63,508 bases of DNA, taken from contig JAZLLM010000001.1 in assembly GCA_045598145.1 (NCBI GenBank), forward strand, positions 1-63,508, read 5' to 3'. Origin of the DNA: Bacilli bacterium. GTDB taxonomy: Bacteria; Bacillota_I; Bacilli_A; ML615J-28; CAG-698. The translations under genes were made by a program, and so were the position numbers. The notes under the pieces were generated by a model that saw nothing but the letters and a program-made list of their open reading frames with translations, did not search any database and was not told the origin of the DNA. Positions 8,776-18,703 of this stretch are shown here, one piece after another (within the stretch, counting starts at the first letter, position 1; every line of letters starts with the position of its first letter).

Positions 8776-11218
8776 TTTTAACCTCGTCCATCTTAAATAC
8801 TTCGATTACATCATCTTCTTTAATATCATTATAGTTTTCAATTGTAATACCGCATTCAAATCCTGTAGTAACTTCTTTAACATCATCTTTAAATCTCTTT
8901 AATGAAGAAAGCTTTCCAGTATATACAACAATACTATTTCTAATTAAACGTACATTAGATCCTCTTTCAATAACACCATTAGTTACATAGCAACCAGCAA
9001 TTGTACCAACTTTTGATACTTTATAAGTTTGTCTAACAATAGCTTCACCAATAACTTTTTCTTCATATACAGGGTCTAATAAACCTTTCATAGCAGCTTC
9101 AATATCTTCAAGTAATTTATAAATGATATCGTAATATCTTACTTCAATACCTTTTTCTTTAGCTAAATCTATAATCTTTGATGATGATCTAACATTAAAT
9201 GCAATAATAATTGCTTTAGAAACGATAGCTAAAGAGATATCAGTTTCAGTGATAGCACCAACAGCACTTCTTACTACATTTACCTTTACACCTTCAACAT
9301 CTAATTTAGATAATGAACCTTGTAATGCTTCTAGTGAACCTTGAACATCACCTTTAATTAATAAGTTAAGTTCTTTAGAGTCGTCATTATTGAATAATGA
9401 TGCAAGAGAAACAGTATTTTTAGCTAATTCTTCATTAGCTTTTCTGTTTATTCTTTCTTCACAAATTAATCTTGCAGTCTTTTCATCACTAAATACCATG
9501 AATCTATCACCAGCATTAGGTACATCAACTAAACCACTAACTTCAACAGCTTTAGATGGAGATGCAACTTTAACAATCGACTTAGTTTCATCAGTCATAG
9601 ATCTAATCTTACCCCATGTATTACCTACAACGATAGGATCTCCGACTTTTAATGAACCATTTTTAACAAGTAATGTAGCTACAACACCTTTACCTTTATC
9701 AAGTTTTGCTTCTAATACTGTACCAATAGCAAGTCTATTAGGGTTTGCTTTATATTCATTCATTTCAGCAACTAATGTAACCATTTCAAGTAATTCATCA
9801 ACACCATCGCCTTTTAAAGCTGAAATAGGTACGAAAATTGTCTTTCCACCCCAATCTTCAGCTAATAAATCGTATTGAGCAAGCTCTTGTTTAACTCTAT
9901 CTGGATTAGCAGTAGGCTTATCCATCTTATTTACAGCTACAATAATAGGAACTCCAGCAGCTTTTGAGTGTTCAATAGCTTCTTTTGTTTGTGGCATAAC
10001 ACCATCATCTGCAGCTACTACTAAAATTACAATATCAGTGATGTTAGCACCACGAGCTCTCATTTCTGTGAATGCTGCATGTCCTGGTGTATCAATAAAT
10101 GTAATTAATTTACCATTTTTCTTTACTTGGTAGGCACCAATGTGTTGAGTAATACCTCCAGCTTCGCCTGCAGTTACTCTAGAATGTCTAATTGTATCAA
10201 GTAAAGTAGTTTTTCCGTGGTCAACATGACCCATTATAGTAACAATAGCAGGTCTTTCTACTAAATCTTTAGGATCATCTTCAATATCCATCTCTTCAAA
10301 CTTAGTAATATCGCTATTAATTTCGTTTTTAAGTTCATATCCACAGTCTTCAACTATTAATTCTACTACATCACGCTCTAAAACATCGCTTGCATTAGCG
10401 AAATATCCTAACATAACAAGCTTTTTAACGATCTCACCAATGCCTCTACCTAGTGCATCAGCTACTTTTGCTACTGTCATACCCTCTGTATAATAGATAA
10501 TTTTCTCATCTTGTTTCTTCTCAATAGGTACGTTAGCAGTTCTATCCTTAGTTTGTTTGTTATTTTGCTTCTTTTTAACGTTCTTAATACGGCTATATTG
10601 CTTATTATCTTGGCTAAAATCAGAGTATTTATCCTCATATTGACCTAGTTTTTCTAACTCTTTATTAGTTTCATCTTCTTCATTATAAACATCAGTATGT
10701 TTTTTAGAGTTAAATGATTGATTATTGCTATTTTTAGGGTTAGAATTTTGAGCTTTTTGGTCTTGATTTTGGCTTTGTGGTTTTGAAGCACTTTTTTGCT
10801 CATTTTCTTTAACTTTTTTAGTATCTAAATTGTTATTATTTTTAACTTCTTGTTTTTGATTATTTTTAGTATTATTTTCGTTATATTGCTTTTCTGAGTC
10901 TTTTGGAGCTATTTTTTGCTCTTTAGTTTTCGGAGTACTATTTTTTTCGTCCAAATTGGCCTTAAATTTGCCCTCAGATTGATTTTCGCCCTCAGAACGT
11001 TTATTTATTTCATTGTCTTGTTTCGTCGATTTCTTCGCCTTTATTGGTTTTATGTCTACTTTGAACAATTTTCCGAATTTTTTGACTATAGCGTCCTCTA
11101 CATCAGTTTCTGCATCAGCATTTTCAGTACCAATATTGTCTAACATTTGAACTATACGTTCAGTGGTAACATTTTGACCTTTTTCATTAAGAATTTCGAC
11201 TATTTCTTTTACTTTCAT
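8765..11218 (-). CDS. infB: Translation initiation factor IF-2
   Basis: G-domain motifs [17 protein letters not shown] and NKMD. Long K/N/Q-rich N-terminal region. Confidence 0.97.
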   Translation of the reverse strand: MKVKEIVEILNEKGQNVTTERIVQMLDNIGTENADAETDVEDAIVKKFGKLFKVDIKPIKAKKSTKQDNEINKRSEGENQSEGKFKANLDEKNSTPKTKEQKIAPKDSEKQYNENNTKNNQKQEVKNNNNLDTKKVKENEQKSASKPQSQNQDQKAQNSNPKNSNNQSFNSKKHTDVYNEEDETNKELEKLGQYEDKYSDFSQDNKQYSRIKNVKKKQNNKQTKDRTANVPIEKKQDEKIIYYTEGMTVAKVADALGRGIGEIVKKLVMLGYFANASDVLERDVVELIVEDCGYELKNEINSDITKFEEMDIEDDPKDLVERPAIVTIMGHVDHGKTTLLDTIRHSRVTAGEAGGITQHIGAYQVKKNGKLITFIDTPGHAAFTEMRARGANITDIVILVVAADDGVMPQTKEAIEHSKAAGVPIIVAVNKMDKPTANPDRVKQELAQYDLLAEDWGGKTIFVPISALKGDGVDELLEMVTLVAEMNEYKANPNRLAIGTVLEAKLDKGKGVVATLLVKNGSLKVGDPIVVGNTWGKIRSMTDETKSIVKVASPSKAVEVSGLVDVPNAGDRFMVFSDEKTARLICEERINRKANEELAKNTVSLASLFNNDDSKELNLLIKGDVQGSLEALQGSLSKLDVEGVKVNVVRSAVGAITETDISLAIVSKAIIIAFNVRSSSKIIDLAKEKGIEVRYYDIIYKLLEDIEAAMKGLLDPVYEEKVIGEAIVRQTYKVSKVGTIAGCYVTNGVIERGSNVRLIRNSIVVYTGKLSSLKRFKDDVKEVTTGFECGITIENYNDIKEDDVIEVFKMDEVKNAL

Positions 11219-11529
11219 TTATCTACCTCAATATATTTCACAATTCCACTATAAAAATTAGCATCATTTAGGGCTATTATCTTATTAAATCTACCTAATG
11301 CCATACTAATTTCATCACTAGTTAACATACTAGTGCATGGAACCTTGTAGAAATAACACTTTCTCTTAAAATTTTCGATAGTTTTTTCGCTACTATCGCT
11401 AGCTACAAAGACAATTTTTGCACTCCCTTTACGCATAAGTGCTATTACACTGTCTTCTCCTCTAACAATCTTGCCACCTTTATTAGCTAATCCTAATAGA
11501 TTTAATAATTTAATCTTGTTATCATCCAT
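11215..11529 (-). CDS. ylxQ: L7Ae-family RNA-binding protein YlxQ
   Basis: L7Ae-like sequence between ylxR and infB. Start moved to ATG 11529 (MDDNKIK), which follows an AAAGGTGA SD. Confidence 0.8.
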   Translation of the reverse strand: MDDNKIKLLNLLGLANKGGKIVRGEDSVIALMRKGSAKIVFVASDSSEKTIENFKRKCYFYKVPCTSMLTSDEISMALGRFNKIIALNDANFYSGIVKYIEVDK

Positions 11530-11551
11530 TATTTTCACCTTTAATAAAGAT

Positions 11552-11809
11552 TTATTTGTCAAGTAAATTAATTAATTCTTCAAAAATAGTGTCTGGAACT
11601 TCAATTTCTAGCTTTTTATCTATAACTTTCTTCTTTTTTGCTATTGTAATAGCTTCTAAAGATTTAGAAATGTATGCTCCTCTACCATTTAATTTACCGC
11701 TTAGGTCTACTTTAACTTCTCCTTCTGGAGTTTTTACAATTCTAAACATTTCCTTCTTTTGAAATGGTTGGTTTGTAGCTAAGCATAGTCTTACTGGTAT
11801 TTTTTTCAC
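11552..11809 (-). CDS. ylxR: YlxR/RnpM (DUF448) RNA-binding protein
   Basis: R.C...... motif plus GRGAY. Canonical position after nusA. Confidence 0.85.
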   Translation of the reverse strand: MKKIPVRLCLATNQPFQKKEMFRIVKTPEGEVKVDLSGKLNGRGAYISKSLEAITIAKKKKVIDKKLEIEVPDTIFEELINLLDK

Positions 11810-12900
11810 TATTTTACTCCATATTTCTCTAATTCAGATTGAATTTGTTCTAAGAAACCTTCATCTTGTTTATGAACATCAATCTTCCATCCAATTGCCA
11901 TAGCTGCAAGTTTAGTATTTTGTCCACCTTTACCTATAGCAAGTGAGAATTGGTCATTAGGTACTGTAACTGTTGCTTTCTTTTCTTTTTCGTCAATTTC
12001 AACAGAATTTACTCTTGCTGGAGTTAAAGCTTCAGCAATTAACTTCTTTGGATCGCTATTCCATACGAAGATATCAATCTTTTCGCCTTCTAATGCATTG
12101 TTAATGCTCTTAATTCTAAGTCCACCATTACCAACGCATGCACCTTTTGCATCAATATCACCATTTACACTCATTACACCAACTTTACTTCTTGAACCAG
12201 GGTCTCTTGCTATACCCATAATTTCAACTGTTCCGTCAGCAACTTCTGGAATATTCATTTCAAATAATTTCTTAACGATTTCACGATTATTTCTGCAAAG
12301 CATAATTTTTGGACCTTTAGTTGTTCTATCGCATCCTACAACATATACTTTCTTTTCGCTACCAATTTCAAATTTTTCGCCTGGAATACAATCTCTAATT
12401 GAAATTGTTGCATCTACACCACTCTTTAATTGTAATGTTACAAATTTATCATTAACAGCAATAATTCTTCCTGTAACTATTTCTCCAACTTTTTCAGAGA
12501 AATAATCATAAGCTTCTTCTCTTTCTAGGCTCTTAAGTTCATTTAATAAGTTTTGTTTAAACATAGAAGCAGCTTTACGTTTGAAAGTTGCAAGGTTAAC
12601 TTCTTCTTTGAATTCTTGTCCTACTTTTGCTTTAGGATGTAATAATTTTGCATCTTCTAATAAAATTTGTCCTCTAGGTCCTTCTGGATCAACTTCTTCA
12701 ACTACATATGTAAAATTAAAGAAACGAATCTTTTTCTTTTCATAATCACTTTCAATTTTAATTGTTCCTTTATAAGGACAGTCACTATTCTTACAAGCAA
12801 TTTGCATTGCGATTTCAACTTTTCCTAAAATCTTGTCGATGTCTAAACCTCTTTCATAAGCAATTGCTTCTAAAGACTCATAAAAATTTTTGCTAATCAT
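11809..12900 (-). CDS. nusA: Transcription termination/antitermination factor NusA
   Basis: N-terminal domain, S1 and two KH domains recognisable (…GPKIMLCR…, …AIGKGGQN…). Confidence 0.96.
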   Translation of the reverse strand: MISKNFYESLEAIAYERGLDIDKILGKVEIAMQIACKNSDCPYKGTIKIESDYEKKKIRFFNFTYVVEEVDPEGPRGQILLEDAKLLHPKAKVGQEFKEEVNLATFKRKAASMFKQNLLNELKSLEREEAYDYFSEKVGEIVTGRIIAVNDKFVTLQLKSGVDATISIRDCIPGEKFEIGSEKKVYVVGCDRTTKGPKIMLCRNNREIVKKLFEMNIPEVADGTVEIMGIARDPGSRSKVGVMSVNGDIDAKGACVGNGGLRIKSINNALEGEKIDIFVWNSDPKKLIAEALTPARVNSVEIDEKEKKATVTVPNDQFSLAIGKGGQNTKLAAMAIGWKIDVHKQDEGFLEQIQSELEKYGVK

Positions 12901-12921
12901 AACCTTTTTCTTTCTTACCTC

Positions 12922-13428
12922 CTAAAACTTAATAGCCTTTCTAATCAATTTAATTTTATTTTTTTCAATTTTTAAAGTTTTAATTCTACCTTTAATGTTA
13001 ATTTCTACATCAAAGCATTCATCAGCGTATGCTTTTAATGTCCCTTCAACCTCTTTTACTAAATTAGTTTTACTAATTTCAAAATCATTTAAAAAATCTA
13101 TATGAATATACTCATTTATATTATTTAAATAATCTTCTTCATTTTTTAATTTTCTTTCTATTCCTGGAGAAGATACCTCTAGCATGTATTCTTCTTCAAT
13201 AAAATCATGTTTATCAAGTTCATCTGATATCAAAGTATTAAGATCAGTAGCTTGATCAATGTCTAATCCTTCCTTACTATCTGCGATAATTCTCATAATG
13301 TAAGTATTAGATTCGTTTACCCACTCTACTTCTTCAATACTTAGATTTAATAACTTAGCTTTTTCATTTGCAATCTTAGTTACTTTAGTAACATAATTGG
13401 CAAATTTTTCTTTTTCTTTTTCAGTCAT
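12922..13428 (-). CDS. rimP: Ribosome maturation factor RimP
   Basis: EVSSPGIERKL motif. First gene of the nusA operon. Confidence 0.9.
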   Translation of the reverse strand: MTEKEKEKFANYVTKVTKIANEKAKLLNLSIEEVEWVNESNTYIMRIIADSKEGLDIDQATDLNTLISDELDKHDFIEEEYMLEVSSPGIERKLKNEEDYLNNINEYIHIDFLNDFEISKTNLVKEVEGTLKAYADECFDVEINIKGRIKTLKIEKNKIKLIRKAIKF

Positions 13429-13453
13429 TAATTATCTCCCTTAAACGTTTTTA

Positions 13454-13478
13454 AAGGAGTGAGACGAACTCACTCCTT
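13454..13478 (-). promoter_or_regulatory. Leader hairpin between the rimP-nusA promoter and the rimP start (candidate attenuator)
   Basis: 10-bp stem AAGGAGTGAG/CTCACTCCTT. On the minus strand it is followed by an interrupted U-tract, UUUAAAAACGUUU. Confidence 0.5.
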
Positions 13479-13492
13479 TTTTCATTAACTAA

Positions 13493-13521
13493 ATTATAAC
13501 ACAAGTAACTATAATTGTAAA
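13493..13521 (-). promoter_or_regulatory. Sigma-A-type promoter of the rimP-nusA-infB operon
   Basis: Minus strand TTTACA, 17 nt, TATAAT, with a TGT extended -10. Confidence 0.6.
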
Positions 13522-13547
13522 GTTATAATTAATTTCTTAAGTTATAA

Positions 13548-14303
13548 TTATCTTTTGCTAAACTCATACATAGCTATTGCACCAGCAATACTAACATTTA
13601 GACTTTCTAATTTTGGATTAATATCTATAAATAAGTTTTTATCACATAGTGATTTTACTTCTTCGCTCATCCCATTAGCTTCATTTCCCAAAACAATAGC
13701 ATATCTATTAGGTTTTTCTTCTTTAGATAAAGAAACAGCAGAATCTAAGCTAGTACCAAAAACTTTAATATTAGCTTTCTTGATTTTTAAAATTTCTTCC
13801 TTTAAATCTCCATAGCAAATGTTAATATTAAACAATGCCCCTTGCGTTGCTCTTATTACTTTGCTATTGTATATATCTACACTATTATTACTTAGAAGTA
13901 CTAAATCAATATTAAAGCCTAAAGAAGTTCTTATTAATGTTCCTACATTACCAGGATCTCTTACATCATCTAAAATTAAAATACAATTTGTTTTATTGTA
14001 ATCACATTCATATCTTTTAATCTTGCAAATAGCAATTATGCTTTGAGGATTTTCAGTATCTGATAATTTTTTAATTACTTCAGCACCAGTTAAAACAAGT
14101 TTGCAATTATCATATTGTAATAATTCATCTTTTTTTAATGACAATACTTCAACTACCAACCTTTTTTTATATGCTTCATTAACAAGATGATATCCTTCCA
14201 CAATAAATTCATTATATAAAGTACGATACTTTTTTTCTTTTAATTTAGCTAAGTCTTTAATGTGCTGATTTGAAGTAGATGTAATTTCTAAAATGTTATT
14301 CAT
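13548..14303 (-). CDS. TrmH/SpoU-family RNA 2'-O-methyltransferase
   Basis: SpoU methylase motifs (DPGNVGT..R, LGNEANG, LNVSIAGAI). Confidence 0.85.
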   Translation of the reverse strand: MNNILEITSTSNQHIKDLAKLKEKKYRTLYNEFIVEGYHLVNEAYKKRLVVEVLSLKKDELLQYDNCKLVLTGAEVIKKLSDTENPQSIIAICKIKRYECDYNKTNCILILDDVRDPGNVGTLIRTSLGFNIDLVLLSNNSVDIYNSKVIRATQGALFNINICYGDLKEEILKIKKANIKVFGTSLDSAVSLSKEEKPNRYAIVLGNEANGMSEEVKSLCDKNLFIDINPKLESLNVSIAGAIAMYEFSKR

Positions 14304-14306
14304 ATG

Positions 14307-15011
14307 TTATGCACCAAATATTACTGTTCCAACATAAATCATCATTGCTAGAGTTAAAATTGCTTGTATAATCCAAATTACTAAAAATAATATTTTATTT
14401 ACTTTTTTCTTTACAAAGTTAATATATAATTCCCATGATAATAACATTAATAATAAAGGAGCAGAATATACTAACAATCCAACTATTGGATAATATAACC
14501 AAGTATTTGCATTAAACTTATCAAAGAAATTAGAAAATACATCAAGTAACCAATTTGCGAAAGAAAGCCATAGTGAATAACTGACTCCAGGAAGACATAA
14601 TATTATCATTACTACACCATAAAATATAATCCATGGTTGTATTTGATCTATTGCAGATTTAGGCTCTGCTTCCTTTTTTTCTTTTAATAAAGCTTTTTTC
14701 TTTTTGTTTAATTCTTTAATTTGTTTTTTTACACTTTCGTATTCATCATAGTATTTATCTACCATTTCTTCGCTAGTTAAGTGTATTTCTATTTCATCTT
14801 GCTTTATTTCAAGTTTTTGAAGCTCAAATTCAATCTGTGCTAGTTCGTTTTTATCTTCTTGTTTATTTATATCAATTTCAGCTTCCTCTTGTTCTAGGCC
14901 AAATTTCTCGCTTGCTAAATCATTAGTATTTTCAATTTCCTCTAGATGTGAGTCTTTATTGATATCTTCTTTTTTATTTTGCTCGTTTTCATTTAAATCT
15001 TTTTCGTTCAT
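14307..15011 (-). CDS. Membrane protein of unknown function (acidic coiled-coil N-terminus plus about 4 TM helices)
   Basis: E/K-rich heptad-like N-terminal half and a hydrophobic C-terminal half. No recognisable family. Confidence 0.6.
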   Translation of the reverse strand: MNEKDLNENEQNKKEDINKDSHLEEIENTNDLASEKFGLEQEEAEIDINKQEDKNELAQIEFELQKLEIKQDEIEIHLTSEEMVDKYYDEYESVKKQIKELNKKKKALLKEKKEAEPKSAIDQIQPWIIFYGVVMIILCLPGVSYSLWLSFANWLLDVFSNFFDKFNANTWLYYPIVGLLVYSAPLLLMLLSWELYINFVKKKVNKILFLVIWIIQAILTLAMMIYVGTVIFGA

Positions 15012-15042
15012 AATAACCTCAATAATATTTTAGAAAACTTTA

Positions 15043-16287
15043 TTATATTTCAAATTTGCTATTATCATTCGAATCTATATCAAATGCACTTATATTAGAA
15101 TCTTTTGTAATAGTAATTTTTTTAATATTCTCTATTGCTTCTTTAATAGCATCATCTAAATTTGCTTTTGCTTCCTCAGCTTTAACTTCGTCTAAATTAG
15201 GTTTAATTGCAGGATGTTTTGGAACAAATACTGTACAGCAATCTTCATATGGTCTAATTGATACTTCATAAGTTCCAATCTTATTTGCAATTTTAATAAT
15301 ATCATCTTTATCATACGCTGCAAGAGGTCTAATAATAGGTATATTAGTTACATCATTAACAACTCTAATGCTTTCCAATGTTTGGCTAGCAACTTGTCCA
15401 ATGCTTTCACCATTTATAATAGCATGCATATGATATTTATTTACAACTTCACTAGCAATTTTATACATTGCTCTTCGCATTAATGTTACCATAAATGTGT
15501 TATCAGCGTTCTCATGTATTAAATCTTGAACTTTTGTAAATGGAACTACATATAAATCGATTGATTCATTAAATGTATATTTACTAACAATACTTAATAA
15601 ATCATATACCTTTTGAAGTGCAGAATATGAAGTATAAGGTGGTGAAAAGAAATGAATAGCTGAAAGAGTTACACCTTTTTTAATCATCATATATGATGCA
15701 ACAGGAGAATCTAATCCACCACTCATCATTACTAAACCTTTTCCTTGGATACCAGATGGATAACCACCAACGCCTTTTATTTCGTTAGTATATAAATATG
15801 CAGCTTCAAATCTAAAATCTATATTTAAAGTAATATCAGGATTGTGTACATCAACATGCACTCCTTTTAAATTTGGAAGTAATAAACTTGATACTTCTTT
15901 ACTTATTTCTAATGATGTCATTGGAAAGTTTTTATCACTTCTTTTAGTGCTTACTTTAAATTTATATTCAGAGATATTATTTTCATTTACATACTCATTT
16001 ATTATTTGTGCTCCATTAATCGCAATATCTTCAATATTCTTATTAACTTTTTTACACAAACTATAACTATAAAGTCCACATACTTCATTCAATTTTTCAA
16101 TTACCTTAGTTTGATCTTCCCCATTTAGATATATATAATATCTATATGGTTGAACTTCGCATTTAATATTCTTAAAACAAGCTAATTTGTGTTTTAAATT
16201 ATCAACGATCTTTTTTAAAAAATATTTATAATTGTCTTTTTTTAGCGTCATTTCGCCATAACGCACAAGTATCATATCATATTTCAT
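15043..16287 (-). CDS. thiI: tRNA uracil 4-sulfurtransferase
   Basis: THUMP-type N-terminus and PP-loop SGGLDSPVA. No rhodanese domain, as is typical of Firmicutes. Confidence 0.93.
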   Translation of the reverse strand: MKYDMILVRYGEMTLKKDNYKYFLKKIVDNLKHKLACFKNIKCEVQPYRYYIYLNGEDQTKVIEKLNEVCGLYSYSLCKKVNKNIEDIAINGAQIINEYVNENNISEYKFKVSTKRSDKNFPMTSLEISKEVSSLLLPNLKGVHVDVHNPDITLNIDFRFEAAYLYTNEIKGVGGYPSGIQGKGLVMMSGGLDSPVASYMMIKKGVTLSAIHFFSPPYTSYSALQKVYDLLSIVSKYTFNESIDLYVVPFTKVQDLIHENADNTFMVTLMRRAMYKIASEVVNKYHMHAIINGESIGQVASQTLESIRVVNDVTNIPIIRPLAAYDKDDIIKIANKIGTYEVSIRPYEDCCTVFVPKHPAIKPNLDEVKAEEAKANLDDAIKEAIENIKKITITKDSNISAFDIDSNDNSKFEI

Positions 16288-16289
16288 AA

Positions 16290-17417
16290 TTATTTACCTA
16301 ACTTACATAAGTTGTTTAATGCATTTATTAATTCATCAATTTCTTCATATTTAACTAATGGTGATAAACTAATACGAATAGTATTTATAGCTCTTTCATC
16401 ATCATTGCTTAAAGCTAAAATTGTTTTTTCTGGTTTTACTAATTTGGAAGAGCAAGACGAACCAGTTGATACATATATTTCTTTATTTTCTAAATAATGT
16501 ACACTTGTCTCTCCCTTAATACCTTTAATTGCTATACTCATAATGTAATATGAAATATTATTTAAAGGTGTATTTATAATTATATTTTCATTATCTTTTA
16601 TTCTATCATATAAATATAAGTATTTTGCTTTTACATCGTTTAAATTTTCTAAAGTTTTAGGGTAAAATTTTTTTATAGCTTTATATGTACAAGCAATTAA
16701 ACTCACATCTAAAGTTCCAGGTTTAATTGAATATTGTGCACTTGAACCAAAAATACGTTTTTTGATATCAATATTATCTTTAATAAATAAAGCACCAATA
16801 CCTTTTGGACCATATATTTTATGAGTAGACATTGTAAACATATCGATATCATTAAAATCAAAATTAGGAATTACTTTACACATTCCTTGTACCATATCTA
16901 TATGAAGTCTAGCTTTAGGATATGCTTTCACAATTTCAATAATTGATTTAATATCTTGAACAGTACCTATAATATTATTTACCCACATTATTGATACTAA
17001 GATAACATCATCGTTCATTTCTTCTTTTAATTGATTAATATCAATTAAACCATTATTTGAGATATTTAAGTATACTACTTCATAATTTTCATCATTTTCT
17101 AATTCTTTACATGTATTAAATACAGATGGATGTTCAATTTGAGTAGTTATAATTTTACCTTTTTTATTTTTGCATGCTACACCGAATATAGCTAAGTTAT
17201 TAGCTTCAGTTGCGTTAGATGTAAATATTACATTATGATGTTTTAAATTTAATATATCACAAATTCCTTTTTTACATACTTCAAGCATATGGTTACTTTC
17301 TTCACCTAATTTGTGTAATGATGTGGTATTCGCAAAAAAGTTTTTAGTTGTGTTTACATAAGTTTGCAAAACTTCATCATCAACTGGAGTTGTTGCTGTG
17401 TAATCAAAATATTTCAT
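16290..17417 (-). CDS. Cysteine desulfurase (NifS/IscS class V aminotransferase)
   Basis: PLP lysine motif STHKIYGPKG and active-site SSCSS. Paired with thiI. Confidence 0.9.
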   Translation of the reverse strand: MKYFDYTATTPVDDEVLQTYVNTTKNFFANTTSLHKLGEESNHMLEVCKKGICDILNLKHHNVIFTSNATEANNLAIFGVACKNKKGKIITTQIEHPSVFNTCKELENDENYEVVYLNISNNGLIDINQLKEEMNDDVILVSIMWVNNIIGTVQDIKSIIEIVKAYPKARLHIDMVQGMCKVIPNFDFNDIDMFTMSTHKIYGPKGIGALFIKDNIDIKKRIFGSSAQYSIKPGTLDVSLIACTYKAIKKFYPKTLENLNDVKAKYLYLYDRIKDNENIIINTPLNNISYYIMSIAIKGIKGETSVHYLENKEIYVSTGSSCSSKLVKPEKTILALSNDDERAINTIRISLSPLVKYEEIDELINALNNLCKLGK

Positions 17418-17516
17418 ATTTTTATCCTATAATTATAATATTATTTTATTGTCTTATACATTATACTACATTTTTCATTTTTTTAAAACATATTACTTTA
17501 AAAATATTTTTTTATA

Positions 17517-17525
17517 TGTTATAAT
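17517..17525 (+). promoter_or_regulatory. Extended -10 (TGTTATAAT) for the TSCPD/GAF gene pair
   Basis: TGnTATAAT lies 25 nt upstream of ATG 17550. Confidence 0.45.
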
Positions 17526-17549
17526 CATTAAAAATGAAAGGAAAATATT

Positions 17550-17801
17550 ATGAAGCATATAACATATAAAACAAAAGGAACATGTTCACAATTAATTAAT
17601 TTTGATATTGACGAAAATAATACATTACATAATGTTGTTTTTATTAATGGATGTAATGGAAATTTAAAAGCAATTGGAAAATTAGTAGAAGGAAAAGATG
17701 CTAAAGAAATAGCTAAAATATTAGAAGGAAACACTTGTGGCTATAAAAATACAAGCTGTGCTGATCAATTATCAAAAGCTATATTAGAGAATTTAAATTA
17801 A
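17550..17801 (+). CDS. TSCPD-domain small protein (TIGR03905-like, four conserved Cys)
   Basis: GTCSQ...GCNGN...CG...SCADQL pattern. 83 aa. Confidence 0.75.
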   Translation: MKHITYKTKGTCSQLINFDIDENNTLHNVVFINGCNGNLKAIGKLVEGKDAKEIAKILEGNTCGYKNTSCADQLSKAILENLN

Positions 17802-17802
17802 T

Positions 17803-18261
17803 ATGAACGAAAAAATATTTTTAAATCAAGCAATAGAATTGTGCGAACAAAATATCGATTCTACTTTTCACAATATTACTATGTTATCTAATATTTCATC
17901 TTTAATCTATAACTCATTTTCTAACCTTAACTGGGCCGGATTCTATTTAGTAGAAAATAATAACTTAGTGCTAGGTCCTTTTCAAGGTAAGGTGGCATGC
18001 AGTTTTATACTTTATGGTAAAGGTGTATGCGGAACATGTTTAGAGAAGAAAGAAAGTATATATGTAGAAAACGTGCATGAATTTCCTGGTCATATCGCAT
18101 GTGATAGTGCATCTAATAGTGAATTAGTTATTCCTATTATTGTAAATGAGATGGTTATTGGTGTGTTAGATATCGATAGTTTTTTATTTAATCGTTTTAA
18201 TAAAGAAGAAATTCAATTATTAAAAGAATTAGTCAATATTTTATCTAAATATTATAAATAA
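17803..18261 (+). CDS. GAF-domain protein, free methionine-(R)-sulfoxide reductase-like
   Basis: NWAGFY...GPFQGKVAC...GKGVCG pattern of the fRMsr/YebR family. Confidence 0.75.
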   Translation: MNEKIFLNQAIELCEQNIDSTFHNITMLSNISSLIYNSFSNLNWAGFYLVENNNLVLGPFQGKVACSFILYGKGVCGTCLEKKESIYVENVHEFPGHIACDSASNSELVIPIIVNEMVIGVLDIDSFLFNRFNKEEIQLLKELVNILSKYYK

Positions 18262-18263
18262 AA

Positions 18264-18287
18264 AAGAACAACCAAAAGGTTGTTCTT
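18264..18287. terminator. Bidirectional terminator (GAF gene / rplQ)
   Basis: AAGAACAACC-aaaa-GGTTGTTCTT flanked by A and T runs. Confidence 0.85.
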
Positions 18288-18299
18288 TTATTATATAAA

Positions 18300-18686
18300 C
18301 TATTCTACGAAAGCAATAATTGCCATAGGTGCAGAATCTCCTCTACGAGGTCCTGTCTTTAATACTCTAGTGTAACCACCATTTCTTGAAGCATACTTAG
18401 GAGCAATTTCTGAAAATAGCTTTTGAATTGCATATTGTTCTTTTACTACTTCGCCTTCTTCGTTAACTTCAGTTGCCATTTCGAATCTAATCATTTCTGC
18501 AGCTTGTCTACGAGCAGCTAATGTACCTTTTTTACCTAAAGTAACCATTCTATCAGCTAACTTTTGTAATGTTTTTGCCTTTGGTAGAGTAGTCTCAATA
18601 CTGCCATTGATAATTAAGTCAGTAACTAAGTCTCTCATAAGAGCTTTTCTACGAGCGCTGTCACGACCAAATTTACTTTGTGCCAT
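18300..18686 (-). CDS. rplQ: 50S ribosomal protein L17
   Basis: Conserved L17 sequence. Last gene of the alpha operon. Confidence 0.97.
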   Translation of the reverse strand: MAQSKFGRDSARRKALMRDLVTDLIINGSIETTLPKAKTLQKLADRMVTLGKKGTLAARRQAAEMIRFEMATEVNEEGEVVKEQYAIQKLFSEIAPKYASRNGGYTRVLKTGPRRGDSAPMAIIAFVE

Positions 18687-18703
18687 TGTTGATTTCCTCC
18701 TTA

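Noticed and set aside
10300-11000. Repetitive, low-complexity DNA (K/N/Q/E-rich coding) that at first looked like a tandem-repeat array.
   Set aside because: It is the poorly conserved N-terminal region of IF-2, in frame and continuous with the G-domain. There is no exact repeat-unit periodicity. This is a common feature of infB.
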